The notes under the pieces: model-generated
Databases searched by the model: none
What the model was told of the DNA's origin: nothing
What the model saw: only the letters and a program-made list of their open reading frames with translations
From: Promethearchaeota archaeon
GTDB lineage: Archaea > Asgardarchaeota > Lokiarchaeia > Sigyniarchaeales > SOKP01
Assembly (NCBI GenBank): GCA_018238625.1
Contig: JABCSY010000040.1
Coordinates: 1 to 34,679, forward strand
Direction of reading: 5' to 3'
Length of the DNA: 34,679 bases
Made by a program: the position numbers and the translations under genes
Part shown: positions 18,029 through 27,120 of the stretch, piece by piece
Layout: every line of letters starts with the position of its first letter
Position numbering within the stretch: position 1 is the stretch's first letter

Positions 18029-19399
18029 TTATCTTTTTTCTATTAGGTTAATCCATTCATTGATTTTTTCTATTAATTCGAATTTTTCTTTGGGGCTCAA
18101 CCCTAAATTAGGTTCTGTGTGTTGATAGATATTGGCAAATTTACCCATATCCCATAAAATATTTGAATGTAAGATCATGCTTTTGATGTAATCTCGTGCA
18201 GTTTCAAGCGTCTTCCCTATAGATATAACGTCGTAATCTTTATTTACGATATCCTTTACGGTTAAAAGAATATCTAATGTGTTACTAGTTGGCATGTTAG
18301 GGAGTGGTTTTAACTCAACAATAGGTCTCTTCATTGTCCTAATTTCAAATTGGTCTTGCTCGTTCCTGTATTCCTTGAAGGGTAATGCAATTTTATCAAC
18401 TTCGTTAGGTTGATAAATCTTAGTAGCTACTTGTACGACCGATTTTTCCAATTCGTCTTTTGTTTTTCTTTTAAATTGTTCTGGCCAATCGACGAATGAA
18501 TTAATTCGGGGTTCAGCAGAGATGAAAATTGATTCTTTTAGTCTTTTTTTATTATCTTTATCACTTTTTTGAAAGTTAGTAGATGCTATTTCTGATCTCA
18601 ACAAAGCAGAAGCATTTCTGATTATTGAGAACAAATACATAGGGTCGTATTCCATCATAGAATATACCTTTTTCAATTTTAAAGTCGATTCTTGAATGTA
18701 TTGTAACTCTTGCTGTGAAAAGTAGCTTTTTAAGTGGTTTTTAGCACCAATTTTGATTCCGTCTAATCCAGCTGTAGGGCTCGTATAATTTGCTTTCAAT
18801 TCGTGATCCATTTCGGAAGAAATTAAGATTTGATTGTAGAAATCCAAGTGTGTGCTTAAGAGCATGGGACCAGTTATATCTATTTGGAAAGATTGGGGTT
18901 TTTTCAAAGTTTCCATCAATTCTAAAATGATATCTTTATACGGAATGAATAGATTTCTCATAAGCGTTCCTTGAATGAACGTACGCTTAGTTTCAGATTT
19001 ATAAGACAAATCTATTGGCAACTTAAATAGGTTCTCACTAACGATTACATCGCGATCGTTTTCTAGCGTAATATTTTTTGACGTTGCTAAATGATCGTAC
19101 ACAAAATCTGACAGGATTAAACCCGTTAATTGCCTATTATCGGTAATATATCTTCCACTTTGAAGCTCAAATTTAGTATAATAATATCCTATGCCAAAAA
19201 GATAATATGAAGTTCCTCTTTCCGTTGAGACGGCATGTTCAGATCCCCCAAAAAATATAACTAGATCTTGGGTTATTTTTGATACTTTATGGTTAGCGTA
19301 TTTCCCTAAAGTTGGATACCCGATTAGATTTCCCCAACTTGGTATTATAAAAAAGGTATAATTATTCAACAGATTACCTTCTGTATTATTGTTTGACAT
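18029..19399 (-). CDS. Hypothetical protein
   Basis: 456-aa open frame with no motif recognised, 23 bp upstream of the profilin-like gene on the same strand. Confidence 0.8.
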   Translation of the reverse strand: MSNNNTEGNLLNNYTFFIIPSWGNLIGYPTLGKYANHKVSKITQDLVIFFGGSEHAVSTERGTSYYLFGIGYYYTKFELQSGRYITDNRQLTGLILSDFVYDHLATSKNITLENDRDVIVSENLFKLPIDLSYKSETKRTFIQGTLMRNLFIPYKDIILELMETLKKPQSFQIDITGPMLLSTHLDFYNQILISSEMDHELKANYTSPTAGLDGIKIGAKNHLKSYFSQQELQYIQESTLKLKKVYSMMEYDPMYLFSIIRNASALLRSEIASTNFQKSDKDNKKRLKESIFISAEPRINSFVDWPEQFKRKTKDELEKSVVQVATKIYQPNEVDKIALPFKEYRNEQDQFEIRTMKRPIVELKPLPNMPTSNTLDILLTVKDIVNKDYDVISIGKTLETARDYIKSMILHSNILWDMGKFANIYQHTEPNLGLSPKEKFELIEKINEWINLIEKR

Positions 19400-19648
19400 A
19401 CAAATTACTTGTTATATTTTCTAAATTTTCTAAATTAAATGTTATTGAGTTTTTTTAATAACTTGAATTCCTCTATAATTTCAATTGTAGTTATAGAGTA
19501 TTTAACTTTTTCTCGTAATTTGATTGATTATTTATAGGTATAAACCTATTCCTATTAAAAATTAATAACCGAATAATTTTTTAATCTAAATTAATGATAA
19601 ATATTATCGAATTTTTAAATAAATAAACTCATCAAATTTTTGATTTAA

Positions 19649-20479
19649 ATGAAGCTTGGACTTGGCTCTATAGCATTTATTTACGATAATATTAATCGCG
19701 GGAAATTCAAAAGTTCAAAAGAATTATTGCTCAATGCAATTGAGAGAACATTTAATTTCGCTGAAAGCAATGACATAAAAATCTGTGAATTAATCTTAGA
19801 CCCTCCTGAAATCTTAGTTTCTGAAGAAAAACAAGCGTTTATCGATTTATGTAATTCATTCCCTTCCATCAAAAAACAATTCCATGCGCCTTATGCGTAT
19901 TTAGGCTTGTGTACTCATAATCCATGGATTTTAAACGCTACAATAGAATGTTACTTAAAGTCAGCTGAAGTAAGCAAGGCAATTGGAGCAGAAATCTTTA
20001 CTATACATCCCGGAAATGCACAATTTTTACACCAGTCATATAATGGCATTAATAATCGCCTTATAGACGCTGTTAATTTATTGCTAGAAAAAATAAAAAG
20101 CTTCCAATTAATTACTTCTTTAGAGAATATGCCGAAAACTTCTGGGTTTTTTCTGAAACACGACGAGTTTATGAAATTCTTTTCCGATATTGATCGGGAA
20201 GATATCTTCTTAACGTGGGATACAGGTCACACTGCATCTTGTAACGATAATATTGAAGAGTTATGGAATAAATTACATAATCGTATTAAGAATATCCATT
20301 TATCTGAACATTTTAAGAATGAATTAGATCTCCATCCTACTCTGGGAAAAGGTTCAGTAGATTTTCAATTAGTATTTGAATTAGCAAAAAAATTTAATTA
20401 TAAAGGTGCAATGATTATGGAACTGCATAAAGTGGAAGATTTACCGGAAAGTATTGAATACATCCAACGCTTCTTTTAG
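19649..20479 (+). CDS. Sugar phosphate isomerase/epimerase / AP-endonuclease-2 family TIM barrel
   Basis: Metal-binding motifs HAPY, TIHPG, LENMP, WDTGH, IHLSE, HPTLGKG and IMEL. Confidence 0.88.
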   Translation: MKLGLGSIAFIYDNINRGKFKSSKELLLNAIERTFNFAESNDIKICELILDPPEILVSEEKQAFIDLCNSFPSIKKQFHAPYAYLGLCTHNPWILNATIECYLKSAEVSKAIGAEIFTIHPGNAQFLHQSYNGINNRLIDAVNLLLEKIKSFQLITSLENMPKTSGFFLKHDEFMKFFSDIDREDIFLTWDTGHTASCNDNIEELWNKLHNRIKNIHLSEHFKNELDLHPTLGKGSVDFQLVFELAKKFNYKGAMIMELHKVEDLPESIEYIQRFF

Positions 20480-20621
20480 AAATTCTCGAATCTAAAATTT
20501 AAACTTATCTCCCAATTTTAATTAGGTATTAAATGTTCTCAAAGCAATTAATGGACTCCTATAATGATATTAAATGACAAAAAATATATTAAGTAACGAA
20601 ATCAAAAAAGGATATATAAAA

Positions 20622-21368
20622 ATGTCAAATATGGATGTTAGAAAAGATTTCTACGAATTTGGGAGAAATATGCAAATTGTAGCAATTTGTACCGTTTTAA
20701 GTATAGCAACTGGTGTGACGGGCTTAATAGCGTTAATCTTTATATTTATTGCTTTGGGAAATATCAAAAACGCAAATCTTAAATTAAATAACGAATATTT
20801 AAAGCAATTTCGTTCGAAATATATTAGGGCTTTCATTTTAAGAATATGTGGTACGATCGTGTTGATAGTAGGAGTTATAAATATTTTATTTGGTGTATAT
20901 ATGCCGATGGATATCACTTCTTATTGGATAACCGTTTCTATAAGCATTATTGTTATTACATCTGGTTTAGTATTTATGATAACAAGTGTATTTGCTGAAA
21001 TAAAAGCATGGAAAAATTTGAAGCGATTCTTTGAAGAAAATAGGAGTATGTTTCCAGATAACCTTTATTTTGAATTAATTGAGGGGTGCGATAAGTTAAA
21101 AACGGCTACCTTATTGAACGCGTTATTTTTTTTAATAATCACTATAATAATTGGATTTATATATCAAATTATAGGATATTTTAAATTAGCAAAATTGAAC
21201 AACTTGATGTTATATGATGTTCCAAAAACATCGCCGACACAAGTGATCTTACCGGAGTCTCGATCAAGTGGCATAAACGAAGTAGCAAGCAATTTTTGCC
21301 CAAATTGTGGAAGCAAATTATCCGGATTAGGAAAATTCTGTCCCTTATGCGGTTCGGATATTAGGTAA
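20622..21368 (+). CDS. Membrane protein with C-terminal zinc ribbon; paralog of 24240..24965
   Basis: Multiple hydrophobic helices and CPNCG...CPLCG. Start at ATG 20622 chosen by alignment to the paralog (MSNMDVRKDFYEFG vs MVKVDVSIEFSEFG). Confidence 0.85.
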   Translation: MSNMDVRKDFYEFGRNMQIVAICTVLSIATGVTGLIALIFIFIALGNIKNANLKLNNEYLKQFRSKYIRAFILRICGTIVLIVGVINILFGVYMPMDITSYWITVSISIIVITSGLVFMITSVFAEIKAWKNLKRFFEENRSMFPDNLYFELIEGCDKLKTATLLNALFFLIITIIIGFIYQIIGYFKLAKLNNLMLYDVPKTSPTQVILPESRSSGINEVASNFCPNCGSKLSGLGKFCPLCGSDIR

Positions 21369-21436
21369 TACATGAATAAAAACTATTCTTTTTTTATTTT
21401 ATATAATTATTCTATAGCCCTAAAAAAATTAACTTC

Positions 21437-21538
21437 CTAAAACTATATAAATATTTTTGTGTATTTTAGATTAAAAGACTTGTAAGAAGGTTAATAATAA
21501 TGGCAAAAGTCGATATTAGTGAGGAATTTTCGGAATTT
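21437..21538 (+). pseudogene. Duplicated promoter plus first 13 codons of the 24240 gene family (truncated remnant)
   Basis: Closely similar to about 24174-24278 (shared ttagattaaaagacttgtaagaaggtt). ATG 21500 gives MAKVDISEEFSEF vs MVKVDVSIEFSEF, then similarity stops abruptly. Confidence 0.85.
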
Positions 21539-21555
21539 CACAATAACACAAGTTA

Positions 21556-21602
21556 TTGGCTTTCTAAAACTATATAAATATTATTGTGTATTTTAGATTA
21601 AA
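21556..21602 (+). repeat. Third copy of the TATA-containing promoter segment
   Basis: ttggctttctaaaactatataaatattattgtgtattttagattaaa matches 21437-21474 and about 24166-24215. Confidence 0.85.
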
Positions 21603-21710
21603 TTTTTTACTTACTTTAAATAAAGATTTATAAACAAAAAATAAGGCTATACATATAAAAACCCAATGAAATCTTTTTTGGGTATAATTCTTTAGTGAAA
21701 GGTTAAAAAA

Positions 21711-23026
21711 ATGACGAAAAAAAAATCTTTGATAATATATTTTATAGTATTGCAATTTTTCTTCAGTGGACTTTTATTAAGTACATTGAACCATAAAACA
21801 GCTTCTTCTAGCACTTGTAATAATTGCGATCTTAAATCAAGTGCGGTGGATTTCTCTAATGGCACCGTAATTTCAGACGGTTATAATGGTGTTTACTGGA
21901 ACGATGGAAGTAGTTCCGAGACCGCAATCGCTGTTGATAGTAGCGGCAGGGTTCACGTAGTTTGGGAAGATGGTACTAACGGTGTGTGGGGTACAGATGA
22001 CGAAATAATGTACGCTACTTACACAACCGCAACAGGATGGTCTAATGCCACCGTAATTTCAGACGGTTATAATGGTGTTTACTGGAACGATGATAGTAGT
22101 TACGACCCCGCGATCGCTGTTGATAGTAGCGGCAGGGTTCACGCAGTATGGCACGATCATACTAACGGTGTGTGGGGTACAGATGCCGAAATCATGTACG
22201 CTACTTACACAACCGCAACAGGATGGTCCAACGTCACCGTAATTTCAGACGGTTATGGTGGTGTTTACTGGAACGATGGTTATAGTTTATATCCCGCGAT
22301 CGTTGTTGATAGTAGCGATAAAGTTCACGTAGTTTGGAGCGATGGCACTGACGGCGTGTGGGGTACTGATAAAGAGATAATGTACGCTACTTGCACAACC
22401 GCAACAGGATGGTCCAATGTCACCGTAATTTCAGACGGTTATAATGGTGTTTACTGGAACGATGGCGATAATTACGAACCCGCGATCGCTGTTGATAGTA
22501 GCGGCAGGGTTCATGTAGTATGGCAAGATTATACTACTGGTGTGTGGGGTATGGATACCGAAATAATGTATGCCAATTTCACAACCGCAACAGGATGGTC
22601 TAATGCCACCGTAATTTCAGACGGTTATAATGGTGTTTACTGGAACGATGGCGATAGTTACGAGCCCTCAATCGCTGTTGATAGTAGCGATAAAGTTCAC
22701 GTAGTTTGGAGCGATGATACTGTCGGTGTGTGGGGTACTGATAACGAAATAATGTGTGCCAATTTCACAACCGCAACAGGATGGTCTAATGCCACCGTAA
22801 TTTCAGACGGTTATAATGGTGTTTACTGGAACGATGGTAGTAGTTACGACCCCACGATCGCACTGACGGTGTGTGGGGTACAGATAAAGAGATAATGTAT
22901 GTCAACTTTGAGATACCTGTTCCTCCCACTACTAGTCCGGGGGGTATTCCTTTCGGGAATTTTTACCTTCTGTTTATAGCTGTTAGCATAATCGGGCTTG
23001 TAGCATATAAGAAGCGAAAAATATAA
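21711..23026 (+). pseudogene. Secreted 6-repeat (probable beta-propeller) surface protein with Loki-CTERM-like anchor, frameshifted near 22861
   Basis: N-terminal signal peptide and six 62-aa repeats. The annotated frame stops at 22895. A shifted frame 22862-23026 gives TDGVWGTDKEIMYVNFEIPVPPTTSPGGIPFGNFYLLFIAVSIIGLVAYKKRKI*. Confidence 0.85.
21855..22905 (+). repeat. Coding tandem repeat, 6 x 186 bp (last unit 43 bp short)
   Basis: accgtaatttcagacggttat recurs at about 21864, 22050, 22236, 22422, 22608 and 22794. Confidence 0.95.
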
Positions 23027-23119
23027 TTAACACTTAATTAATTTTTTATTTTTTTATTTATTTTTATTTTTTATTATGTCTATCGAAATAGGTTTATATA
23101 GGTTTAATTGTTTTTATAG

Positions 23120-23182
23120 GATTCTTAGTGTTATCGCTTTATACCAGATTTTTACGCCTGGTTTCACAATAACACTCAAGTC
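23120..23182 (-). other. Imperfect ~60-nt hairpin between convergent genes
   Basis: Minus strand AGUGUUAUUG-UGAA-ACCAGG-CGUAAAAA-UCUGGU-AUAAAG-CGAUAACACU, with two G-U pairs that form only on the minus strand. Confidence 0.55.
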
Positions 23183-23204
23183 AAAATAAATAAAAGAATT
23201 GAGT

Positions 23205-24077
23205 TTAAGATTTTAAAGTTTCAAAAATTTCATCTAGGTGATTTTGACCAACGGAAAGATGTCCTTCATTAGGATAAAATTTACCTTGACAATTTGGAAT
23301 TAATTCACACATCTTCCGTCCAAATGAACTCGGAACGAACACATCCATCTCACCATGCCACAAATATACTTGCATATCTGAAGATATATCTTTTAGATCA
23401 AATCCCCATGGTTTTGCATATATTTTGTCTTCCATTACCACACCATCTATTCCGGGACGGAAAGCTTCTTTAGTTTCTTCTATAAAAATATTTAATATTT
23501 GAGGATCTTGAAACACTATTCTGTCTGGCTCGGGAAGTTTTTTAGCAAAATCTTCAATTGATTTTTGGTCTTCAAACGCTTTCTTTTCTGCCTTTAATAT
23601 TGTTTTTATAAGGAATGGAAGTCTTCGCGAGATAAAAAAAGAAATTCGATTCGATAGCATCATTCCCTTTCTACTCCAATTAACTAATCCCATCCCGGCA
23701 ATTATACCACAACACATTAATCTTTCAGGTATTTTATACGCACAAGCAACTGCGTAAGGACCTCCGCCCGACATCCCCTCAACAGCAAACTTGCTTAATC
23801 CTAAATGATCAGCTAGTTCTATAATATCATCTGGCCAATCTAAAAGCGTTCGCTTAGGTAGGAAATCAGAAAGTCCAATTCCCGGGCGATCAACCGATAT
23901 AATGTGAACCTTGTGTTCCTTTGGTTTTTCGCCAAAAAGTCTACCTTCAAGACGAGATCCGGGATGTCCGTGGAAATGAAACATTGGTTTGCCATTTAAA
24001 TCTCCATATTCAGCATATCCAAGCTTACGACCATCTTTTAGTTCAAAAACTTGATTTTCTTTATTAGATTCGACCAT
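23205..24077 (-). CDS. Alpha/beta hydrolase
   Basis: HGHPGSR, DRPGIG, nucleophile elbow GMSGGG, WHGEMD and EGH. Confidence 0.92.
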   Translation of the reverse strand: MVESNKENQVFELKDGRKLGYAEYGDLNGKPMFHFHGHPGSRLEGRLFGEKPKEHKVHIISVDRPGIGLSDFLPKRTLLDWPDDIIELADHLGLSKFAVEGMSGGGPYAVACAYKIPERLMCCGIIAGMGLVNWSRKGMMLSNRISFFISRRLPFLIKTILKAEKKAFEDQKSIEDFAKKLPEPDRIVFQDPQILNIFIEETKEAFRPGIDGVVMEDKIYAKPWGFDLKDISSDMQVYLWHGEMDVFVPSSFGRKMCELIPNCQGKFYPNEGHLSVGQNHLDEIFETLKS

Positions 24078-24239
24078 GTTTTATAGTTAGATTATAGATG
24101 TTTTTAAATATTGCGTTTAAATTATCTGTCAATATTACATTTTTTGTGTTGCAAACCCAAAAAAATTGGTTTTCTAAGATTATATAAATATTATTGTGCA
24201 TTTTTTTAGATTAAAAGACTTGTAAGAAGGTTTAAAATA

Positions 24240-24965
24240 ATGGTTAAAGTCGATGTTAGTATAGAATTTTCGGAATTTGGAAAGAAAATGAAAATTATTG
24301 CGATAATGATCGTACTTTCGATCATTCCATTCATAGGTACAATTCTAAGTCTCATAGGATCCATTTTTGCTATTATGGCATTAAGCGATATACGGGACGC
24401 AAACTATAAATTAAAACAATCTTCGCTAGTGAATTATCGCACGAAATATAGTAGGGCGATAGTTTTCAAGATAATTGGTACTGTTATATCTGGAGCTGTG
24501 TCTTTTTACTCTTTAAACAATCCATTCCATATCGGTACTTTTACTATTGTACCAACGATCATAAGCTTTATTATAAGCATCATAGCAGCAGCGATTGAGA
24601 TGGACGCTTGGCGTAGCTTAACAGATTTCTTTAACCAAAATCGCAGTTTATTCCCTAGCTATATCGCATTGTCAGCTTCAGAAGGAAGCGATAAATTAAG
24701 AAGTGCCGCTATAATGAATGCTCTTTCGTTTTTAATAATAACAATTCTTATTGGCTTTATTTTGCAAGTAGTTGGATACATAAAATTGGCAAAATTAGAG
24801 GAGATGATTCGTTTTACTAAGACGACTCCAGCAACCCCAGCGCCAAGTACGCAACAAGTATCGCTACCAGCGCCAACACCTTCGAAAATTAATTTTTGTC
24901 CTGGTTGTGGGGCAAAAATGACTGGAGAGTGGAAATTCTGCGAGGAATGTGGTTCAGAGCTTTAA
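24240..24965 (+). CDS. Membrane protein with Pro/Thr linker and C-terminal zinc ribbon; paralog of 20622..21368
   Basis: Shares EG.DKL..A...NAL.FLIIT...GFI.Q..GY.KLAKL with the paralog. CPGCG...CEECG. Confidence 0.87.
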   Translation: MVKVDVSIEFSEFGKKMKIIAIMIVLSIIPFIGTILSLIGSIFAIMALSDIRDANYKLKQSSLVNYRTKYSRAIVFKIIGTVISGAVSFYSLNNPFHIGTFTIVPTIISFIISIIAAAIEMDAWRSLTDFFNQNRSLFPSYIALSASEGSDKLRSAAIMNALSFLIITILIGFILQVVGYIKLAKLEEMIRFTKTTPATPAPSTQQVSLPAPTPSKINFCPGCGAKMTGEWKFCEECGSEL

Positions 24966-25110
24966 AAAAACAAACTAATAAAAATATATTTAATTTTTTG
25001 GTTTATATTTACTTTTAGTGACCTCTCTCCCTCTGTTATATTTAAAAGCAATGAAATCTCTTCTCTTCACCATTTCAATTATGTCATCTTTTTATTCTTA
25101 ATTTCAACCT

Positions 25111-26511
25111 TTAGTGATATTCAATAGAAAAGGTTTCTAATTTTTTAATTGCCACATGTTTCTGTTTCCATAGTTGGTTAGCTTTCTTTACCCATTGATC
25201 GAATTCGTTCGGATCTTCTGGAAAGGTTTCGTAATGCTTTTTAATTTTTCCAGCAAGTGAATTAGCTGATAGCAATTTTTTCACGTGTTTTAAGGATAAT
25301 TGTCTCTTTAGCATACCGCCAATTAATTTAAACAGAAATTTAAGCATTTCGCCAAGACTCATGTCCTCTTCGTATTCTTTATTAGGTTCTGGAATTTCGT
25401 CTTCGTCCCCAGTTTTGTAAAGTAATCCCGATTTTAAGACGTAATCCCATTCTTTTGCTGAAAAGTTTAGAATACCAGATAATTGCATAAGTAAGCTCGC
25501 AAATTTCGCACCCTGATCTCTAAAATACCTTACATTAATGGGCCATAACCTATCTTTAGAAATGTATCCTTCTTCTTTAAGCGTACTTTCAATAACCTCT
25601 GCTGCAATCATGCACAAATTCCAAGTCGCGGTAACTCCGTGCCCCGAAAATGGATAAGTAATTGCCGCAGCGTCCCCTATGCAGAGTAGTCCATCACCTA
25701 CAAGAGTATAGGGAGGTCTTCTATAGGGTGTAAAACCTTGTTCTTCTTTCACAATTTCATAAGGAGGTAATTGAGCTTTTCCAAGGAACTCTTCTCTTGC
25801 TTTTCTAGCATTTTCGTAAGAACCAGGTTGTCCAACTCCCAAAATGGCACCATTTTCAATCTGACACGGACCAAACCATAACAGGTAGTATTGAAATCCT
25901 GTGTCGGGTAATGGATGTTTTTCTTCTGGGTTTAACCACTTAATGTATTGTAGAAGTACGTACATCACACTACTTGGATCCAATTTAAAGGTTTCAATTC
26001 CGTAGTCTATAGGCAAGGATGTTCTGATTGCGGCACCCGTACCTGAAGCATCGACAACTAATCGAGCGTGGTATTCAATTCGTTCCCCATTTTTTTCGGC
26101 TAAAACACCTACAATTTTTCCGTCGTCAAAAATTAATTCTAAAAATTTACAAGAAAAAACAAGCTTTACTCCATCTGCTTCTAGCACCTTATACATTCTA
26201 TTTAAAAACGGCGTAAGACGCACAATAGTTTGAAGCGCTCTGGTTTTGACTTCTGTTGTAAAATCCGTTGTTACTTGCGTGGATTGTTCTCGAATTTCAA
26301 TACAGTCAGGATCCCCTACTTTAAATGGTGGTATGCCAGCATTTTTAATTCTGTCGGTCTCAAAGTGGATAACATCTAACCTTTTAGCTACTTTTTCCCT
26401 CTCGTCTTTTTCTATGGTTACAACTGAATAACCCTTTTTAGCTAATAGCCAACTAAGATACATCCCGGCAGTTCCAGCGCCCACGACCAGAATATCGCAT
26501 TTTTCAACCAT
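25111..26511 (-). CDS. FAD-dependent oxidoreductase, geranylgeranyl reductase family
   Basis: DILVVGAGTAG, VVDASG and IGDAAAITYPFSGHG. ATG 26511 preferred over TTG 26526. Confidence 0.85.
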   Translation of the reverse strand: MVEKCDILVVGAGTAGMYLSWLLAKKGYSVVTIEKDEREKVAKRLDVIHFETDRIKNAGIPPFKVGDPDCIEIREQSTQVTTDFTTEVKTRALQTIVRLTPFLNRMYKVLEADGVKLVFSCKFLELIFDDGKIVGVLAEKNGERIEYHARLVVDASGTGAAIRTSLPIDYGIETFKLDPSSVMYVLLQYIKWLNPEEKHPLPDTGFQYYLLWFGPCQIENGAILGVGQPGSYENARKAREEFLGKAQLPPYEIVKEEQGFTPYRRPPYTLVGDGLLCIGDAAAITYPFSGHGVTATWNLCMIAAEVIESTLKEEGYISKDRLWPINVRYFRDQGAKFASLLMQLSGILNFSAKEWDYVLKSGLLYKTGDEDEIPEPNKEYEEDMSLGEMLKFLFKLIGGMLKRQLSLKHVKKLLSANSLAGKIKKHYETFPEDPNEFDQWVKKANQLWKQKHVAIKKLETFSIEYH

Positions 26512-26854
26512 GATTTTTAATCTCAAATAAGTATTATATTGTATGATTCTAAGTTTGTTTTAATAATTATAAGTTTTTAGAAATAATCTTACATTAATAT
26601 CCAAGTGCTTTTTTGAATGGTTTATTAGCGTTTAAATTATTTAATTTTTACTTTTACTTTTAACGACCCCCCTCCCCCTCTCTAAAACCTAAAAAAAAAA
26701 TTAATAACTGTGCTGACGAGTAGATTTTTATCTTTTAATTACGTCGGTAATTTGTTGTCCTTTAGTGTGTAAAAAAGTCAATTTTAATAAACTTTATAAT
26801 AGATAATTAACGTTATTTTCATGAGTTTTAATACTTAACTTGTTGGATGCTGAC

Positions 26855-26980
26855 ATGGATAGTAAAGACTCCGAAAAAGAGATATTTTTGAAATACTGCG
26901 AAGAATGCATTAGGTCAAAAATTAATTGTGATAGTCCTCCAGAATTTACCGAAGAAGTAGGGAAAGAAAAAGGACTCTAA
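26855..26980 (+). CDS. Possible 41-aa small protein with CxxC
   Basis: MDSKDSEKEIFLKYCEECIRSKINCDSPPEFTEEVGKEKGL*. Purine-rich coding-like composition within a 600-bp gap, below the ORF-track cutoff. Confidence 0.45.
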   Translation: MDSKDSEKEIFLKYCEECIRSKINCDSPPEFTEEVGKEKGL

Positions 26981-27120
26981 AGATACAACCATTATTATTT
27001 AATTAAAATAATATTCTTTCTATTTTTTAATTCAAACGCTAATATATTATGGCAACTAAATATTTTTAAACAAAAAGAAATATTTATCTTTTAATTAGAA
27101 TTTTTTATTAAGTAGTTGTT

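Noticed and set aside
10435-23026. Diversity-generating retroelement acting on the LRR or propeller repeats
   Set aside because: No reverse transcriptase or non-coding template repeat in the window, and the differences are not evidently adenine-restricted. A trans-acting system cannot be excluded.
23120-23182. Hairpin as a SECIS or an integron attC site
   Set aside because: The upstream hydrolase has no in-frame UGA and the 3' arm lacks the GA of the core. The GTT/AAC order is opposite to attC (RYYYAAC...GTTRRRY) and no integrase is seen.
26713-26745. Hammerhead ribozyme (CUGACGA followed by a stem)
   Set aside because: The required GAAA after stem II is absent.
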